From NCBI GenBank assembly GCA_965200155.1, contig CBDATR010000022.1:1-59408 (forward strand): DNA of 59,408 nucleotides. The letters are read 5' to 3'. Below, one piece after another: positions 53,553 through 59,408 of the stretch. Under the pieces are notes generated by a model. That model saw only the letters and a list, made by a program, of their open reading frames with translations, was not told the DNA's origin and ran no database searches. This stretch comes from Nitrosopumilaceae archaeon (GTDB lineage: Archaea > Thermoproteota > Nitrososphaeria > Nitrososphaerales > Nitrosopumilaceae). How positions within the stretch are numbered: the first letter of the stretch is position 1; every line of letters starts with the position of its first letter. The position numbers and the translations under genes are program-made.

Positions 53553-54544
53553 TCATTTTGTAAACCACTGGCGCATCAGCCCAAACTAACCATGTTATCA
53601 TGATCAAGAACGGCGTTGTTTATGCACAAGTCCCGTCAGGATGATACTGAAGTATACATATGAGAACAGAGGTAAAAATGGTTCAGTCCCATGAAGAGGA
53701 CCATGGGTATATTTCATTTGATTTTGATCCGTTAGATGGTGCTGATGAGAGAATCCATAAGGCGTTTGCATTATTCTCTAACTTCATATTTGGTATGTTA
53801 TTATATTGGAGCCGTGGTAAGCGGCAGCAAGCAGGCCGTTCAATGATGCAGGTCAAAGCCTAAAACAGATACCATGTCCACTATTCCTGGAATGGAATCT
53901 GGATGTTGAAGAATCATGGAATAGAATAGCCAAGGAACAATTATTGCCGGCTAAACACGCGCCATGATTGATGCCGTTTGTAACATGTTTGACATTGAGT
54001 ATGATACTGATTCCCTTACCAATATGTGGTGTGAGGAACCAAGTTGACGGTGGCTTATATGTATACTTATAATAGATTACTCTGGAGAATAGTTTATGTT
54101 TCCCACCATACACACCCACAAATTTATTGTTAAAGGTCAGCCTGTGAATCATTAATTCCATCATGGTAGACATCCGGCGCTCACCTATACCAACATGATG
54201 GAATATAGCAACATCCGCCTCTTTGTACCGCCGTCTCTGGAATGGGCTTTGCGTGTAATACCAACAACCGTGGTTTTATTTACCCTTTACACGCCTCACG
54301 TAACATGAACCACGTGGATTATAACTAGTTTCATGGAACTGCCGCCTGATCGGATTGCCCAATTCGTAATGACCTCTGAATCATTCTTAACATGTTGCAG
54401 TCATACTGGAATAGCGCGTTCACCATCTGTCCATATGATTCCCTTGAACCATTTTATCATCCGGGAATTTCTGCATGATCTCAATCGTGACTTGCCGGGA
54501 CCATTTTATCATGGAATATCTAGGGATCCTTTGGAAGTGTACTT

Positions 54545-54655
54545 TAGTTGGGCGCGGCCACCAAGCCAGGGCCGCTGATGCATGTGAATCATACGTGCCG
54601 GGTGTTCTTGGTATGGTAACTGGACTTGATCAGCCGGGGGTTCTTGGCCACCATT
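54545..54655 (+). repeat. TGATCA array E (short)
   Basis: GCTGATGCATGTGAATCAT module and CCGGGGGTTCTTG units as in array B. Confidence 0.75.
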
Positions 54656-54666
54656 AACAAATGATT

Positions 54667-55178
54667 CTAGTATTGGAGTATTCCATGGGCATTTGCCCTC
54701 AGCCACTTCTTGGTCTCCTCATAGTTCGGGCAATGCATGTGAACTAGTGTCCAAAATTGTTATGGTGTACAATATGACATAACTCATGAATGATGGTAGA
54801 TTCTATAACCTCCTTGGGGGCCCTTAACAATCCTCATAGCGTATTTCATTCTTCATGTTGCAGTCACCCCAGCGGCCTCCACCTAATCTTTTCACGGACA
54901 AATGTGAGGGTTTTACACCTATCACTCTAGCCAATTCATTAGTCCGTTCAATGACCCATTGAACTGAATGAGGTTTGAGACTGGAAACTGCCTCTTTTGG
55001 TCGTATAGTGTCTGCAATCCACTGGGCGTTCTTGATCACAAATATCATCCGGTGGGATACCGGGAAACGTTCTCACGACAAACTTGCCGCTCTTATCCAA
55101 TGTCCTCGCAAACATGACTCTCTGCTTCTTCGTAATGGTCTTGTTCCCCACCTTTAGTGCAACTTCTGTTCTTTTCAT
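54667..55178 (-). pseudogene. Second YgjP/DUF45-like metallohydrolase pseudogene
   Basis: Inverted homolog of 19405-19919; RWGDCN, HELCH. Confidence 0.7.
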
Positions 55179-55363
55179 ACTATTATGATAGTGGTATTAG
55201 TGTATATTCCTTTGTATTAACTTGTATCATAACAGCCATGAAAAAACATGTAAAGAATCCTTACGTTCAATAATATTCACTTCATGTTTGGCGTGTGTGT
55301 TCTTTAGCCGTTCTCACAAAGTGATTCTGCGCATATGGTCTAATGGTGGCAAGCCATTCCAGC

Positions 55364-55388
55364 GCTTCAATGGGGCCGCTGCGGAAAT
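55364..55388 (-). repeat. Solitary CRISPR-repeat-like unit, copy e (shortened)
   Basis: ATTTCCGCAGCGGCCCCATTGAAGC on minus strand. Confidence 0.55.
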
Positions 55389-55389
55389 A

Positions 55390-55791
55390 TCAAACGTAAA
55401 ATTTCTCAATGGGAAATCGTTTCGAAACCGCGTATACCAACTCGCATGAGCTTCTATAAGTCGGCAAGAGTAATAGAATGATTATAATCGGCAAGTATAA
55501 GTCAGACGGGAATAGTATCTGCCAAGATATACCAAACCACATGAAGAATAATAACAATACTCCAGCTAATATTGAACAGACGCGGGAACGTATGGAATGG
55601 CGTGATGGAGTCGGATGATATAATGGATCCCATGGCGGATACATGATACCAAAGACCGCGGCACATACTACAGTCATGACAATGGTGACACTATCTGTTC
55701 CTTGTGTAGATAGGAAAATGAAAAGAGCGATAGCGAATAGGAATGATCCTGTCTCAATAAACCTACGGAGGTGGTGATACTGAAATGACAT
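55390..55791 (-). CDS. Four-TM membrane protein
   Basis: Hydrophobic ORF; decayed duplicate at 56164-56605. Confidence 0.6.
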   Translation of the reverse strand: MSFQYHHLRRFIETGSFLFAIALFIFLSTQGTDSVTIVMTVVCAAVFGIMYPPWDPLYHPTPSRHSIRSRVCSILAGVLLLFFMWFGISWQILFPSDLYLPIIIILLLLPTYRSSCELVYAVSKRFPIEKFYV

Positions 55792-56163
55792 TATTTACCA
55801 ACACCATTATATCGGATTTTGACGATACGGTGAGCAGTGACAGTACGATGCTGAGTATCTCTTTTTTACTCCTTTACTGTATCCAGAAGCGCGAGTAATA
55901 CTTCCTTTGTATTGTCATCCATTAGCCAACAACCTCTCGATTTCTTTTTCTATTTGTTCAAGAGGTTCGGCCGCTCTCTTCACTTCCTCACCAGTTGCAT
56001 CAGGTTTCTCCAATACCGCCTTTATGTCATACGCTGTTGACACAGCTGCCGCAATAACGTCATCTGCCTCACTCATACCGTATATAGTATATTATGATAT
56101 TTAAAGTAGTGTACCCACATCTGGCTAGGACTGGAATGGTCCCTCGTCATAGTGGTGGACCAA

Positions 56164-56605
56164 CAAACGTAAAATTTCTAAATGGGAAATCGTTTCGAAA
56201 CCGCGTATACCAACTCGCATGAGCTTCTATAAGTCGGCAAGAGTAATAGAATGATTATAATCTGCAAGTTAGATGGGAATAGTATCTACAAAGCCACATG
56301 AAGAAGAATACAACGAATATTGAACTGAGACGTGAACGTATCGAATGGCATGATGGATTCGGATGATATAATGGATCCCATGGCGGATACATGATACCAA
56401 AGACCGCGGCACATACTACAGTCATGACAATGGTGACACTATCTGTTCCTTCTATAGATAAGAGCGATAGAGAATAGGAATGATCCTACGGAGGTGGTGA
56501 TACTGAAATGGCATTATTTACGAACACCATTATATCGGATTTTGACGATACGGTGAGCAGTATGATGCTGAGTATCTCTTTTTTACACACCTTATCCAGA
56601 AGCGC
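56164..56605 (-). pseudogene. Deletion-riddled direct duplicate of 55391-55892
   Basis: Long identical blocks separated by short deletions. Confidence 0.85.
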
Positions 56606-57519
56606 AGGTATCATTCCACCAAAATCAGCGCATGTTTATACTATTCCATGAGGGAGTCATTCCATGGCAGGTCATAGACTGACATATCAGCAGCTGATAG
56701 TGTGGCGACCTATTAACGGTCATGAGAACCTAGTCATGATATCCGAGAACAATGTTTAGGTCTTTACCACGATACTACCAAGGATAAGTCGATATTTGAC
56801 TGGTTCGGCAGAGCCGCCCCCTTGTTCGGAGGCGCCTAACTGTGGCCGATGTAGAGACCACGCTGAACACCCATTTGGCAAGACTACTGAATGATAAGCG
56901 ATATAACTGGACGGTAAAAGCCCAGCAGGGACACATGATGAGAAGGCGTGCCCAGATAGACGTACTATAGCGGTCACCATAAGTCTTGAAATGGTACATG
57001 ATAAGGGACCAGTCCTAGAATGGACCATGTTATCGTACCGTCATCTAGAATCACTCCCTGACGCGCCGGGCCGAAGTTATGGGCGGGCTTTCCAGTTCAA
57101 CATGGCGGTGAACGTTTTTCATGACTGGAGGAAGTGGACATATTCGACTTGCCGGAATGATATCCTGGTGGCAGATATCGGCGAGCCTGTTTACGCGCGC
57201 CAGTTTCATCCATCTAATGAGGAATGGTAATGGTGGCGCCGATTGGTTGAGTGAAATGCCATTCCGGTATGGCGAGATGGATGCATAAGGCGTGTTTATG
57301 AGGATAATTCCGATAACATCCCGCGCCGCCGCAAACAGAATCATTCTGTCGTGTCCAAAGCCACCAATCCGGCGCAATTCTTGTGAATTACACTTGCCGG
57401 GCATTGGTGTCGTGAGGACGACAAAGCCGATTGACCATTCCTGGGACATGAGCTCATTCAAAATAGTCGAGCGTGTAGACAAAAGAACCGTTCCAGGAGA
57501 GCGCGATTCACATTAACAA

Positions 57520-58040
57520 ACGGGAGAAGCCACCTATGAGGAGTAGACGTTGGCGGCAAGCATTTGGCCGTCACGGCCGGCAATCCATGACATGAGGCAA
57601 CGTTCCATATTACGGGAGATACGTTATCTCCAGGGTAAGAATGGCAAGCGATAACGACAGAAGACGAACGATTCCATGAATGGCATACAAGGTAGTCATC
57701 GAGAACTTGTCAGATCATGGTGGGAACAGGAATCGTTCCATGAGAGAGAACCGTGTTGGTGGATTCTTACAGAAGTCGGGGGATTGAATTAGAGGCAGTA
57801 CCGGCCAAGACTGGTGGGTATCATTCCAAGAAAACTAGGGACACATGTAACCGGTCACTGTACTCAGGAGTTTCATGCCGATATCAAGGAGTAACCGGAT
57901 TGAGCGGCAGAGCGTGTCGCCCGGGGGGCGGGGAACTGTTTCTCGTCCAACAGGGGGCAGTGAACCATTTCCCGTCCAACCGGAGGCGCCAGGACGGAAC
58001 GCAGAGCAATGTACTGTCCAGGAGCGAGGCGCCACGTATT
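57520..58040 (+). pseudogene. tnpB: Decayed tnpB with 3' end region
   Basis: GVDVGGKHLAVT (RuvC-I), KVVIENL (RuvC-II), FHADI (RuvC-III); tail similar to 6380-6495. Confidence 0.72.
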
Positions 58041-58280
58041 ATGGTGACCGCTATATGAGAGGACAGCGTATCATGAGACACTGACGGTTCTCTGCACAAA
58101 CTGTGTGGAAATAATGAAGGAGTACAGCCCGCTGGTGATATGGTGAATGACATGTCAAAGACCGTCATGAGTACCAGATACTGTGTGAAGTGTGCCCGGG
58201 AACGATTCGACGAGTCACTATATAATGGTGAAGCTGACATTGCATTCTCTGGAACAATATCCGTGTTGAGAAAATTCCGG

Positions 58281-58381
58281 GTATGAGTTCACGTCTTCCG
58301 GAATCTTGTGCACAAATCACATTAACTAGAACAACCTGTTCCATCAGTTGTGCGTAAATTTAGACACAGGTGAACTCATAC
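58281..58381 (+). mobile_element. MITE copy 12, 101-bp variant
   Basis: Perfect TSD AATTCCGG; central GTCGCG replaced by AGAACAACCTGTTCC. Confidence 0.92.
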
Positions 58382-58409
58382 AATTCCGGAAGTGTTAACA
58401 CGCACTCTG

Positions 58410-59234
58410 TCAATGTGTGGAGTTTTTGTCACCCTCAGGAATTATACGCGATCTATCAAATGCCATACGCAACACGCGAACACCGGTTGGGACCATTTTA
58501 ATGGCGACAAATACAATGACCGTCAGTGTCATAATACCACCAATAGATGCCAAGTACTGTTCTGATAGTGTCCAAAAAATTGCTCCGCCTGTTGCTACCA
58601 AGCCAAGTAATGGTAGAATGAACGTGGAATACCCGTATCCCAGGTTAATGGGTGACTCACGGGTGACATACGCGAATACAGCCACACCTAGAACGATTAT
58701 CAGGACGTGCACGTCTGCCTCTGTGTAACCAATCGCCACTGCTATTGCCGCCAGACAGGCCAGTATGTAGAATATCATAGTAGTGCCTCGACGAGATTTA
58801 GATATCCATAATTGTTGCAGAGCATAGCCAGCAAGACCACCCACAATGTATCTAACAAGAGAATTAACTGTATCCTTTAGTCTGCTATCGGAAAGATCGT
58901 CACTGAGTCGTTGTAATTCATTTGCCAGTCCCTTTAATTCACCTATTGCTCTTTCATCAACTTCATTTGAAGCAATTTCGTGCATTCTAGCGATCTCACT
59001 AACTCTTCGCTTTACAGATGCTTCATCCATACTATATTCATCGCTATCTGTGTGAAAAGGATTGTGTGGGGGTTTTGTCACATGATAATCAAAACGAGAG
59101 GGACTCATAATAAGTATGGCGCTCACCAGGAATGGCTCCATACGGTCCATCAAGCGGAGACTACCGGTTAGTGTATGTCGCTGAATCATGTTCAGCTTTG
59201 AGTACTGGAACAATGCCGTATGAACCCGAGACAA
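58410..59234 (-). CDS. Membrane protein with N-terminal helical region (true start probably at MDEAS)
   Basis: Charged helical domain followed by 4-5 TMs. Confidence 0.55.
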   Translation of the reverse strand: MSRVHTALFQYSKLNMIQRHTLTGSLRLMDRMEPFLVSAILIMSPSRFDYHVTKPPHNPFHTDSDEYSMDEASVKRRVSEIARMHEIASNEVDERAIGELKGLANELQRLSDDLSDSRLKDTVNSLVRYIVGGLAGYALQQLWISKSRRGTTMIFYILACLAAIAVAIGYTEADVHVLIIVLGVAVFAYVTRESPINLGYGYSTFILPLLGLVATGGAIFWTLSEQYLASIGGIMTLTVIVFVAIKMVPTGVRVLRMAFDRSRIIPEGDKNSTH

Positions 59235-59408
59235 AAGGGTGACCCACTACCACCGTAATGGCCTGTTCCCTGACAAAGTGGCGCGGGAACCACGATATGG
59301 CGAGGGCGCGATCAACTAGACCATTGTTAGAGAGTGAACTCTGAGGGGGCCGCGAACCGTTCCACGTCCAACCAGGGGGACTGTTATTCAAACAGTCCAA
59401 CCAGGGGG

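Noticed and set aside
56756-57516. ORFs 56756-57516 as genes
   Set aside because: Overlapping short frames on both strands with no motif I can recognise; left uncalled
58643-58654. GGTTAATGGGTG as another promoter motif
   Set aside because: One mismatch and lies in the middle of a coding region
1-59408. rRNA, tRNA, cas, integrase or viral capsid genes; Borg-like identity
   Set aside because: None recognised by eye; coding tandem repeats alone do not justify a Borg-like call

Overview
Archaeal accessory region, probably part of a large plasmid or integrative conjugative element. The host is inferred to be Nitrososphaerota-like from PriL, an archaeal class III pilin, a FlaI/TadA-type ATPase and a CxxHPW cupredoxin. 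The backbone carries a type IV pilus set, a conjugation-like operon (intein-containing secretion ATPase, VirD4/HerA-like ATPase with a PD-(D/E)XK-like tail, VirB2/PrgI/VirB6-like membrane proteins) with an intein-containing class II ribonucleotide reductase inside it, PriL, and several restriction-modification genes. Mobile DNA is dense: an intact single-ORF IS66 and 12 copies of its 92-bp MITE, an IS1595 carrying a passenger gene, IS5-like ends and decayed tnpB copies. The least explained features are (1) five TGATCA-rich modular satellite arrays, three attached to a conserved ~120-140 bp leader, (2) five solitary type I-G-like CRISPR repeat units without cas genes, (3) a Type ISP gene with tandem alternative TRD cassettes split by an 8-bp slippage repeat plus a second MTase-TRD copy, (4) an inverted pair of surface-protein genes, one frameshifted at a G13 tract, (5) an AACCCATTAACC promoter motif and (6) strong over-representation of ATTCCATG. 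Protein calls rest on motif recognition only; no searches were run.
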